DNA of 64,000 nucleotides from a virus (lineage: Duplodnaviria; Caudoviricetes): the IMG/VR virus record IMGVR_UViG_2862873970_000001, positions 14,456 through 78,455 of that record; one strand, 5' to 3'. Position numbers and translations under genes: made by a program. The first letter of the stretch is position 1, and the number at the start of each line of letters is the position of its first letter. Of this stretch, positions 7,368 through 14,386 are shown in pieces. The notes below the pieces were generated by a model that was not told where the DNA came from, did not search any database, and worked only from the letters and a program-made list of their open reading frames with translations.

Positions 7368-7540
7368 GGAGGGGAGGGGGTGGGTCGAAATCCCTGCAGT
7401 GTCATAAGCGGGGCGACCGTTCCGGTTCGATCCGTGTCGAAGCACGTAATCCGTTCTTGTGCAAGGGTTTTCGGAAAATAATCCAAACCCAGCTTCCCAA
7501 AAACCTCACCCCGAAACACTAAGCAGTGCAAGGGTTTTCG
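7368..7540. other. Probable cos/genome-end region
   Basis: Noncoding after HNH; G-run GGAGGGGAGGGGGTGGGTCGAAATCCCTG; 15-bp direct repeat GTGCAAGGGTTTTCG at 7459-7473 and 7526-7540. Confidence 0.5.
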
Positions 7541-7722
7541 ATTAACGCCAACCAAGGACTCCTCGACTGAAATGCGTAGACTGCGGCGTTGACCTGGAGC
7601 CGCATCAAGGGCGTGGCCGGCCGCGTAAGCGCTGCCCATCATGCTCCCCACCAGGTCGTTACTACGTTCCCACGACAAATCGCGACCAGGCAATTTGCAC
7701 CTTCTGCTCCCGGTCGTTTGAG

Positions 7723-8253
7723 GTGACGTCGCGTCGTGGTCCGATTGCTTTATATTGCTCACGCGCATGTCGCATGGCCAACCTTTACCGAAATCGCACC
7801 CCTAACAGGGAGTGTTCCCATTGCGGGGTCGTGATACCGGTTGGATCCGCTCAAAGGAGATTCTGCTCCAAGGATTGCCACAACGCTTCGATGCGAAAGG
7901 GCTATCCGGTCACGAACTGCGAGACCTGCGGCATAAAGATCATCTCGGGAAGTTCGCAGCCCATCCGTTTCTGCGATGCCCACAGGCCGCCCGACTCGGC
8001 ATATTCCCAAAGACGCCGCGACTTGATTAAGGGCGGCGAGCGCATCGATCCTGTCGAGGTGTTCGAATCCGACGACTGGACGTGTGGCGTCTGCGCCGGC
8101 CCGGTCGATCCGGAGCTTAAGTTCCCCGACCCCATGGCCGCGAGCCTCGATCACATCATCCCCCTATCCCGGGGTGGCGAACATGTCAGGTCAAATGTCC
8201 AGTGCGCTCACTGGATCTGCAACTGCCGGAAGTCCGCAAAGGTTGCAGCCTGA
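7723..8253 (+). CDS. HNH endonuclease with N-terminal Cys/zinc-finger repeats
   Basis: CGVC...SLDHIIPLSRGGEHVRSNVQCAHWICN; reading frame is open upstream to 7546. Confidence 0.85.
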   Translation: MTSRRGPIALYCSRACRMANLYRNRTPNRECSHCGVVIPVGSAQRRFCSKDCHNASMRKGYPVTNCETCGIKIISGSSQPIRFCDAHRPPDSAYSQRRRDLIKGGERIDPVEVFESDDWTCGVCAGPVDPELKFPDPMAASLDHIIPLSRGGEHVRSNVQCAHWICNCRKSAKVAA

Positions 8254-8257
8254 TCAG

Positions 8258-8407
8258 TCACGACACAGCGTCCCGCGGTAGCTGCTCTTCCTTGTAGCCG
8301 CAATGGCCACAAGTCACCATAATGAGGTCTGCAGCGCTGTCGTAACTGGCCTTATGGGATCTGCTCTCACACTTGGGACAGAGCCACCAGCTCGAATACA
8401 TCTCCAT
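8258..8407 (-). CDS. Zinc-ribbon protein (49 aa)
   Basis: Hand-translated MEMYSSWWLCPKC...TCGHCGY. Confidence 0.55.
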   Translation of the reverse strand: MEMYSSWWLCPKCESRSHKASYDSAADLIMVTCGHCGYKEEQLPRDAVS

Positions 8408-8413
8408 CGCTTT

Positions 8414-8433
8414 GGTAAATCCGCCTTATGTCG
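8414..8433 (+). repeat. Degenerate dif-like site E: GGTAA-atccgcc-TTATGTCG
   Basis: Right half identical to sites B and C and carries the stop of the 8426 gene. Confidence 0.5.
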
Positions 8434-8683
8434 CCTTAGATTGCTTGATTTCGAGTGCTTGACGTAGCCGCCAGGCGTTCGCCAAGTGCCGCGCCGACAG
8501 ACCATCCTGGTAGGCGATCTGGCGCTCTAGCTGATCCTGTGGCCACTCGGCCATACCCTCGATAACCTTGCGCTCAAAGGCGCACTGCTCGTCATCGCAG
8601 TCATAGGCGGGACCGGGCACTGACACCTGACACGATGTGCCGTCGATGTCGATAACGTGGCTGTGGAAGTCAATCTTGCTCAT
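8426..8683 (-). CDS. Cassette gene, hypothetical (85 aa)
   Basis: TTATCGGC-AGAGAGG-acacc-ATG upstream; stop in TTATGTCG. Confidence 0.75.
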   Translation of the reverse strand: MSKIDFHSHVIDIDGTSCQVSVPGPAYDCDDEQCAFERKVIEGMAEWPQDQLERQIAYQDGLSARHLANAWRLRQALEIKQSKAT

Positions 8684-8695
8684 GGTGTCCTCTCT

Positions 8696-8715
8696 GCCGA
8701 TAACGTTGCGAAATC
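8696..8715 (+). repeat. dif-like half-site F: GCCGATAACGTTGCG-AAATC
   Basis: 15-bp identity with site D. Confidence 0.6.
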
Positions 8716-8719
8716 GACA

Positions 8720-8944
8720 TCACGCCAGCACCGCTGTCCTGACCTGATGAACCCCACCACAGCTCCACCCATCCCGCTCATACCGCCATCCCCGCTGCCG
8801 CACGACCGCGTCCGCGTCTTCCTCACAGACTGCGTCGACCACCTGCACATGTGTACATGGCTGCGCCACCTCCCCGCGATGGCCGCGTCGACTCACGGTC
8901 TTGTCGCAGGTGTAGAGGTATCTGTTGATGACTTGTCTGGGCAT
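8720..8944 (-). CDS. Hypothetical Cys-containing protein (74 aa)
   Basis: Start reassigned to ATG 8944 after AAGGAAAAG. Confidence 0.6.
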   Translation of the reverse strand: MPRQVINRYLYTCDKTVSRRGHRGEVAQPCTHVQVVDAVCEEDADAVVRQRGWRYERDGWSCGGVHQVRTAVLA

Positions 8945-8953
8945 TCTTTTCCT

Positions 8954-9026
8954 TGGCGTGTAGCTCAATGGGCAGAGCAGCGGATTGTTAATCCGCCGGT
9001 TGGAGGTTCGAATCCTCCCGCGCCAG
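8954..9026 (+). tRNA. tRNA-Asn(GTT)
   Basis: Acceptor TGGCGTG/CGCGCCA, D arm GCTC/GAGC, anticodon arm GCGGA-TTGTTAA-TCCGC, T arm GGAGG-TTCGAAT-CCTCC; no encoded CCA. Confidence 0.92.
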
Positions 9027-9236
9027 CCTGTAGCCGTCGAGATAGGGCTCCAGTGGCATTGAGAACTTGAGATGGACGACGCCGAGGTAATTGCCGACTT
9101 CGTCATAGACCTCGCAGAAGCTGTACATGCCGTCGAGGTGGTCGAATTCCACCCACCCGTCCGGATAGTCCCCAGGGCATAGCCCATGGATCTTCGGCCG
9201 CGGATTCTGCCGCTGCGGTAGGTCGCTTAACTGCAT
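8988..9236 (-). CDS. Hypothetical protein (82 aa); 3' end overlaps tRNA-Asn antisense
   Basis: ATG 9236 after GAAGGA. Confidence 0.6.
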   Translation of the reverse strand: MQLSDLPQRQNPRPKIHGLCPGDYPDGWVEFDHLDGMYSFCEVYDEVGNYLGVVHLKFSMPLEPYLDGYRLAREDSNLQPAD

Positions 9237-9246
9237 GATAGATCCT

Positions 9247-9456
9247 TCACGCCAGTCCCCACTCAAAGTCGGATATGCGTCGCTTGAGGCGCCAGTTCCA
9301 CCACCGCACGGGCGTCCAGAATGACGTGGGCGGCGCACAGCCGTCAGTGTCGAATGCGTACAGGTACCGGCCGCACTCGCAGAGCCATATGCTCCCCAGC
9401 GGACGGTCGGGCGGATCGCAACGATGCCTCTTGCCCGCTACGTACACGTCAGTCAT
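9247..9456 (-). CDS. Hypothetical protein (69 aa)
   Basis: HRC...WLCECG; coupled ATGA. Confidence 0.65.
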   Translation of the reverse strand: MTDVYVAGKRHRCDPPDRPLGSIWLCECGRYLYAFDTDGCAPPTSFWTPVRWWNWRLKRRISDFEWGLA

Positions 9457-9725
9457 ACGTACTCGGCCTCTCGCAGTGCTTCGAAGACCCGATCAGCGTC
9501 GGGAACCACCAGCTCGTTCAGTAGGGTGAGGATGCGCTCGTTGATGGGCGGGGCGTCGGCCGGCCAATGGTCGGTGGCGTTCTCCATCAGGGCCTCGTAG
9601 ATGGTCTGCCACGCAGGATCGTCCTGATATTCGGACAGCTCCTCACTGGCGTCTCTCCTCTCGGCTAGACGGCTCTGCCAGTCCCCCAGGCCCCACCATT
9701 GCGGATTTGGGACGATATCGCCCAT
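9453..9725 (-). CDS. Hypothetical protein (90 aa)
   Basis: GGGAGGG RBS. Confidence 0.7.
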   Translation of the reverse strand: MGDIVPNPQWWGLGDWQSRLAERRDASEELSEYQDDPAWQTIYEALMENATDHWPADAPPINERILTLLNELVVPDADRVFEALREAEYV

Positions 9726-9778
9726 AATCCCTCCCTAACCTCACTAAACTCGGCGCAAAGCGCCCTAAACCCCCCCGA

Positions 9779-9808
9779 ATCCTACTGTACCCGTACGCAG
9801 GGTGTCCA
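9779..9808 (-). promoter_or_regulatory. Predicted promoter TGGACA-N18-TAGGAT containing TGCGTACGGGTACAGTAGG
   Basis: 19-bp exact match to motif at 51281-51299. Confidence 0.65.
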
Positions 9809-9814
9809 TAGCCT

Positions 9815-10441
9815 CTACGCTGACTGTTCTAGTTCGCGTGAGGGATCGTGGTTGTGAATTCCGTAGTCACGCAGCATGGAGGACATGGCCAGGTAGCGTC
9901 TGGCGTCACGGAACTGCCGAGCACACGGCTTGGCGAGCCTGTCGTCACACCAGTAGGCGACGACCCGGGCGTACTGGGTGCGAAAGCCCTTGGTGCCGAT
10001 GATGGTCTGGCCCTCGGCGGCGACCACGGCGACGACATGCTGGGCGCTGTCGCCGTACTGCTTGTTGAGGCATTCGAGGGACAGTGTGGCGTAGATGCCA
10101 CAGTGGCAACCCTCGCCTGGGGCTTCGTGTTCACCAAGGTGATTCAGCGCCTTTATCAGTGCTGATACCGACTGCGGATCGTCCACGCACTCGGCTTTGC
10201 AAGTCCCGTCAGCCCAATGCGATCCCGGCATGGTTACCGAGCACAGGGTCAGTGGATCCGCGGGATTGTCCGCAAATGGATCCCAGGGCTCGGTGCCGAA
10301 CAGGATGTCGAGCCTTGTGAATGAATTAAAGAATCCCCACCGGTTGCCCGCATCCACCTGACTGGCGGGCAGCGCCCTGAATGTACGGAGCCCGTACCGG
10401 GCTACCTCCAGGTCAACCTTTTCCCCAGAGTAGTCACTCAT
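9815..10441 (-). CDS. Conserved-looking phage protein with HEAP...CHCGIYA motif (208 aa)
   Basis: Long ORF coupled (ATGA) to upstream peptide gene. Confidence 0.75.
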   Translation of the reverse strand: MSDYSGEKVDLEVARYGLRTFRALPASQVDAGNRWGFFNSFTRLDILFGTEPWDPFADNPADPLTLCSVTMPGSHWADGTCKAECVDDPQSVSALIKALNHLGEHEAPGEGCHCGIYATLSLECLNKQYGDSAQHVVAVVAAEGQTIIGTKGFRTQYARVVAYWCDDRLAKPCARQFRDARRYLAMSSMLRDYGIHNHDPSRELEQSA

Positions 10442-10566
10442 GCCGGCACCGGCTCCTTCTCTGGAACCTTCACGGGTGAAGGTGCGGGTTCGGGTGCTGG
10501 TTGCCGAACAGGCTTGGTCGCGGGGAGGACTTCTACCCTGCGTGGATTGGTGCCGATGTCGCCCAT
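10438..10566 (-). CDS. Pro/Glu-rich peptide (42 aa, MGDIGTNPRRVEVLPATKPVRQPAPEPAPSPVKVPEKEPVPA)
   Basis: Hand-translated; AGGAG RBS; stop overlaps next start. Confidence 0.65.
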   Translation of the reverse strand: MGDIGTNPRRVEVLPATKPVRQPAPEPAPSPVKVPEKEPVPA

Positions 10567-10610
10567 TTACGCTCCTAAGTTTTAGTCGGGCTCAATTCCC
10601 GTTAATCGTT

Positions 10611-10639
10611 ATCCTACTGTACCTGTACGGAGGTGTCTA
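10611..10639 (-). promoter_or_regulatory. Predicted promoter TAGACA-N17-TAGGAT containing CGTACAGGTACAGTAGG
   Basis: Hexamers and motif; overlaps terS RBS on opposite strand. Confidence 0.6.
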
Positions 10640-10643
10640 TATT

Positions 10644-11120
10644 ATGGGCCAACGTGGACCCAAACCGCGGCCAACTCACCTGAAGGTGGTGGCCGGCGAG
10701 CAGGAGTCGCGCATCAACCGTGATGAGCCATTACCCACCGAGGGCGAAGTTGTCGCCCCTGAGGGCATGTCAGAGGCCGCAAGGGCTATCTGGGATGAAC
10801 TGGCTCCAGACCTGATCGACAAGGGCTGCCTCACGCCGTGGGACGTCTACACGTTCGAAGCGTTCTGTCAGGCCGTCGCCCTCTACCGAGAGTGCCGCGA
10901 CCTGCTGTACGAAGGCCAGTCGGAGTACGGCCGGTTTGTGGAACGCGGTGCGGCCGGCGGTGTTATCAAGTCCCCCTACCACCAGATGATGAGGGACCAC
11001 GTCGAGACGATGGCCAAGCTGGGATCCCGCTTCGGCTTCACCCCGGGTGATCGTGCCAACCTCCGACTCGACGCCAGTGATAACGGGCCCGCACAGGGCG
11101 CCGAGAGGCTACTTAGTTAG
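10644..11120 (+). CDS. terS: Terminase small subunit (P27 family)
   Basis: MGQRGPKPRPTHLKVVAG N-terminus, FGFTPGDRA C-terminus; GGAGG RBS. Confidence 0.9.
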   Translation: MGQRGPKPRPTHLKVVAGEQESRINRDEPLPTEGEVVAPEGMSEAARAIWDELAPDLIDKGCLTPWDVYTFEAFCQAVALYRECRDLLYEGQSEYGRFVERGAAGGVIKSPYHQMMRDHVETMAKLGSRFGFTPGDRANLRLDASDNGPAQGAERLLS

Positions 11121-11293
11121 TGGCCACCTACCGCTTAGAGGCGTGGCTCAGCCACCCCGAGGGGGACATGGAAGACGAGTTGCAGGATCGCGTCGCGATG
11201 GCCATTCGTGGTGCCCAGGTCGGCATCAAAGAGGGTCCGGTGATCTTCCGCATCTACCCCTACGACCCGTCTGACACCGCCGCGTCGCTCTAG
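11120..11293 (+). CDS. Hypothetical protein (57 aa)
   Basis: Hand-translated; GTG coupled to terS stop. Confidence 0.5.
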   Translation: MATYRLEAWLSHPEGDMEDELQDRVAMAIRGAQVGIKEGPVIFRIYPYDPSDTAASL

Positions 11294-11306
11294 CGCCGAG
11301 TACACC

Positions 11307-11501
11307 CTACGTAAGGCTGCGAGCGCGATCCACAGCAGCGAAGTGGTTGTTTGCCTTGACAGTCTCGCGCCATTCGGCAGATGGATTGTGAAACAGTCCA
11401 AACTGAACATGCTCCTCGCACAGGCCGCATCGCGTGCAGCGCCGCAGGCTGTACCCATCCCATTCCCACGAATGGAACCACGATCCTTTGTTGTGGGCCA
11501 C
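11307..11501 (-). CDS. Cassette gene, hypothetical (64 aa, MAHNKGSWFHSWEW...RRCTRCG...RSLT)
   Basis: TTATCGGC-ATAGGAG-acaca-GTG upstream; stop in CTACGTAAGG half-site. Confidence 0.65.
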   Translation of the reverse strand: MAHNKGSWFHSWEWDGYSLRRCTRCGLCEEHVQFGLFHNPSAEWRETVKANNHFAAVDRARSLT

Positions 11502-11513
11502 TGTGTCTCCTAT

Positions 11514-11535
11514 GCCGATAACGGGCGCTATGAAA
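11514..11535 (+). repeat. dif-like site G: GCCGATAA-cgggcg-CTATGAAA
   Basis: 6-bp spacer; right half resembles site D. Confidence 0.6.
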
Positions 11536-11595
11536 GCTTCCCTACCCGCACAGTACCCGAACTGTGAACATCCATCAACACCCCGAAAGGTGAAT

Positions 11596-11802
11596 ATGTC
11601 CGTAAACATTGAACAGATCGTCAAGGACATCGAGGACGCGGTTGCCAAGGGCGTCATTGACGTTAAGGCTGTCGAGCCCCTGGTGAACAAGGCTCTTGAC
11701 ATCCTGACCCTGGCCGAGCCCCTGGTCCCCCAGATCGCGCCGGTCGTGACCGTGGTTCGGCAGGTCGAAAACCTGGTGAACGAGGCCATCGCCAAGCTGT
11801 AA
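11596..11802 (+). CDS. Hypothetical amphipathic protein (68 aa)
   Basis: GAAAGG RBS; strongly biased codon usage. Confidence 0.7.
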   Translation: MSVNIEQIVKDIEDAVAKGVIDVKAVEPLVNKALDILTLAEPLVPQIAPVVTVVRQVENLVNEAIAKL

Positions 11803-12011
11803 TGGCTGGCCCCTCAAACCGCATCATCCATAAACGCCTGAAAGAACGATTTCTCCAGCATCGCGAAAAGCTGGACCTCCATAAACAGCGAGGTCCAGCT
11901 TTCGCTGCTGCAGTCGAAAGGCTTGAGCAGACGATATTCCCAGAGGGGGTGCCGTGCGACGAAGAAAGTACCCTGAGTGCGGATACACCCTCGACGGAGT
12001 CACCTGCGTAG
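11802..12011 (+). CDS. Hypothetical protein (69 aa)
   Basis: Coupled TAATG. Confidence 0.55.
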   Translation: MAGPSNRIIHKRLKERFLQHREKLDLHKQRGPAFAAAVERLEQTIFPEGVPCDEESTLSADTPSTESPA

Positions 12012-13654
12012 AGAAGGGCGAACACTTCTGTGTTCCCCGCGCTAATCGCGTCCAGAGGTTCTTTGAGGAACTTTTAGTACACACCAAGGGTCGTTACGCC
12101 CGCAAGAAGTTCATCCTCGCCAAATGGCAGCGTGACGACATTATCCGGCCGCTCTTCGGCAGGGTGGTGTGGTCGGATGAATTCGAATGCTACAAGCGAC
12201 GCTACGAAATCGCCTGGATCGAGCTGGCCCGTAAGAACGGCAAGACCGAACTCCTGGCCGGCGTCATGCTCTACCTGCTCTGCGCAGACGATGAAGAGGC
12301 TGGCGAGATCTACGGTGTGGCCCGCGACATTAAGCAGGCCCAACTCGCCTTCGACGTCGCCGCACAGATGGTCCTCTTCTCCCCCGTGCTGTCTAAGCGC
12401 CTGAAGGTCAGCGACTACAAGAAACGAATCTACGATGTCAAAACCCGGTCTTTTTACCAAGTTATCGCGGCTGACGCTAAGTCTGCTCTTGGTAGTAACC
12501 CTTCAGGTGTCGGGGCAGACGAAATCCTCGCCTGGCAGTCAGGTGATATGTGGGACTCCCTCCGCACCGGTATGGGTTCAGGAGCGCGTCTACAACCTCT
12601 AATGATGGCCAGCACCACCGCTGGTAACGATCCAGAGGGCTTCGCCGGCCAGATGCACAAGAAGATGGAAGCGGCGCTAGAACATCCAGACCTTGAAGAA
12701 CACCGCCACGTCTTCGTTTATCTGAAGAACACCCCAGAACAGGCCGACCCCTGGAAAGAGGAGAACTGGCCGCTGGCCAACCCCGCGCTGGGTGACTTCC
12801 TCACCCTGGAGGGCTTGCGCAAGCAGGCTCATGAGGCACGCACCAACCCCATTGCGGAGATGGCCTTCCGTCAGTATCGCCTCAATCAGTGGCAGTCCTC
12901 GACGGTGCGCTGGATGAACATGTTCCTCTGGGACAAGGCGTCCAACCGCGACATCGTCTATCCGGACAATGACTCACTGCTGAACTCTTTCGCCGGCTGC
13001 GATTGCTACTTCGGCCTTGACCTTGCAGCGAAGCAGGATCTCTGCTCTATCTGCTACCTGTTCCCCTGTGCCGATCCCTCCTATGGCGTGGACGTTGTCT
13101 GGCGCCACTGGATCTGTGAGGCCGGCTTAGAGAAGCTGGACCGCCTCAATAAGGGTCGCTTCACCCACGAATTCGTGGAAGGCAAGTGGCTCACCGTCAC
13201 TCCCGGTGACGTTCTGGACTTCGAACAGCTCTACGCCGATATCAAGGCTGACTCTCTCCGGTTCACGTTCCTTGGCGGGGACGTCGACAAGCACATGTCC
13301 GAACCCGTCATTCAGCGGATCCGGCTGGAAACCGGTATCGGCGTGGAGGATATCTACGCCTACGACAACCAGTTCGCGACGATGTCAGACGGTATGCACC
13401 GCGTCTACGACATGGTGACCGATGGCATCTTCCGCCATCACAACAATCCACTGGCGCGATTCTGCTTTGACGCCTGTGAAGCTAAATACAAGTCTTCGGA
13501 CCCCGACTTGATCATGCCCGAGAAGCCGAATCGAATGCGAGCATCTAAGCGAATCGACGCTGTACCAGCGGCAATCATGGCGACAAATGCCTGGTGGACG
13601 AGGGACGGTGCCGTCTATTCGATTTACAACGAGAGGGATGTTCTGGTCCTATGA
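11954..13654 (+). CDS. terL: Terminase large subunit
   Basis: Walker A ARKNGKTE, Walker B ADEI, STTAG, GLDLA, KRIDAVPA nuclease motifs. Confidence 0.96.
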   Translation: MRRRKYPECGYTLDGVTCVEKGEHFCVPRANRVQRFFEELLVHTKGRYARKKFILAKWQRDDIIRPLFGRVVWSDEFECYKRRYEIAWIELARKNGKTELLAGVMLYLLCADDEEAGEIYGVARDIKQAQLAFDVAAQMVLFSPVLSKRLKVSDYKKRIYDVKTRSFYQVIAADAKSALGSNPSGVGADEILAWQSGDMWDSLRTGMGSGARLQPLMMASTTAGNDPEGFAGQMHKKMEAALEHPDLEEHRHVFVYLKNTPEQADPWKEENWPLANPALGDFLTLEGLRKQAHEARTNPIAEMAFRQYRLNQWQSSTVRWMNMFLWDKASNRDIVYPDNDSLLNSFAGCDCYFGLDLAAKQDLCSICYLFPCADPSYGVDVVWRHWICEAGLEKLDRLNKGRFTHEFVEGKWLTVTPGDVLDFEQLYADIKADSLRFTFLGGDVDKHMSEPVIQRIRLETGIGVEDIYAYDNQFATMSDGMHRVYDMVTDGIFRHHNNPLARFCFDACEAKYKSSDPDLIMPEKPNRMRASKRIDAVPAAIMATNAWWTRDGAVYSIYNERDVLVL

Positions 13655-14107
13655 GACGGCGGCCAATCGTTCCTGTCGCACGATACGGCTGATATTGGAT
13701 TGGTTAACGCCATACTCGTCGGCCAGCGCATACTGCCGCTCACCCGCTTCGTAGCGTTCACGGATTTCGCGCACCTGGCTATCGGTCAGCTTATTATGGC
13801 CACCCGGTCGGCGTGGGGCATTGCGCCCCTTGGCTGCGCGGTCCTTGTTGTTGCCCCCTATGGTTCCGACCCTTAGGTGACCAGGGTTCACGCATGGCGG
13901 GTTATCGCACAGATGCAGGATGACCAAGCCCGTGGGGATATCGCCCCTATACAGACGGTAGGAAATTCTGGCGGCGACCTGCTCTCCGAGTAGCCGCATT
14001 CTTCCATAGCCCTGACGGTCACGGTATCCGCGCCATTCCCAGCATTCGTCGGGCTCGCCCCGCACGTACTTGGCCTCAAACCTGGCCCGTAACTTTTCCA
14101 ACTCCAC
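13649..14107 (-). CDS. HNH homing endonuclease with C-terminal HTH
   Basis: CWEW.G...GYG...ILHLCDNPPCVNPGHL; KLTDSQVREIR...LADEYGV. Confidence 0.88.
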   Translation of the reverse strand: MELEKLRARFEAKYVRGEPDECWEWRGYRDRQGYGRMRLLGEQVAARISYRLYRGDIPTGLVILHLCDNPPCVNPGHLRVGTIGGNNKDRAAKGRNAPRRPGGHNKLTDSQVREIRERYEAGERQYALADEYGVNQSNISRIVRQERLAAVS

Positions 14108-14155
14108 CCCGACAGCATACCACTACTGTACGGGTATCGCACCCTGGAGGGGTAT

Positions 14156-14386
14156 TTGAAAAATTTAATACACAAAAAGCTCCGCGAACGCTTCCATGTC
14201 ACCCCTCGGGTGGGAATGCAGTTCTCGGGTGTACTCTTATCCGAGGATCGCACTTATGCCGTCTTTGGTGACGTTATCGCCTATCCTGACGATGCTACGC
14301 CCGAAAAGGCCGATGGCGACTTATATATTCGCCACGAAAATGTCGCCTACGTCCAAACCGTTCCGGTGAGACATGCGGACGAGTAA
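14156..14386 (+). CDS. Hypothetical protein (Sm-like fold possible)
   Basis: GGAGGGG RBS; precedes portal. Confidence 0.65.
   Translation: MKNLIHKKLRERFHVTPRVGMQFSGVLLSEDRTYAVFGDVIAYPDDATPEKADGDLYIRHENVAYVQTVPVRHADE

Noticed and set aside
8340-8359. TCGTAA-ctggcc-TTATGGGA dif-like match
   Set aside because: Lies inside the 8258-8407 ORF with poor arms; probably chance
10440-10643. 5' extension of terS in the ORF track
   Set aside because: True start is ATG 10644 with GGAGG; the extension overlaps the opposite-strand peptide gene and promoter
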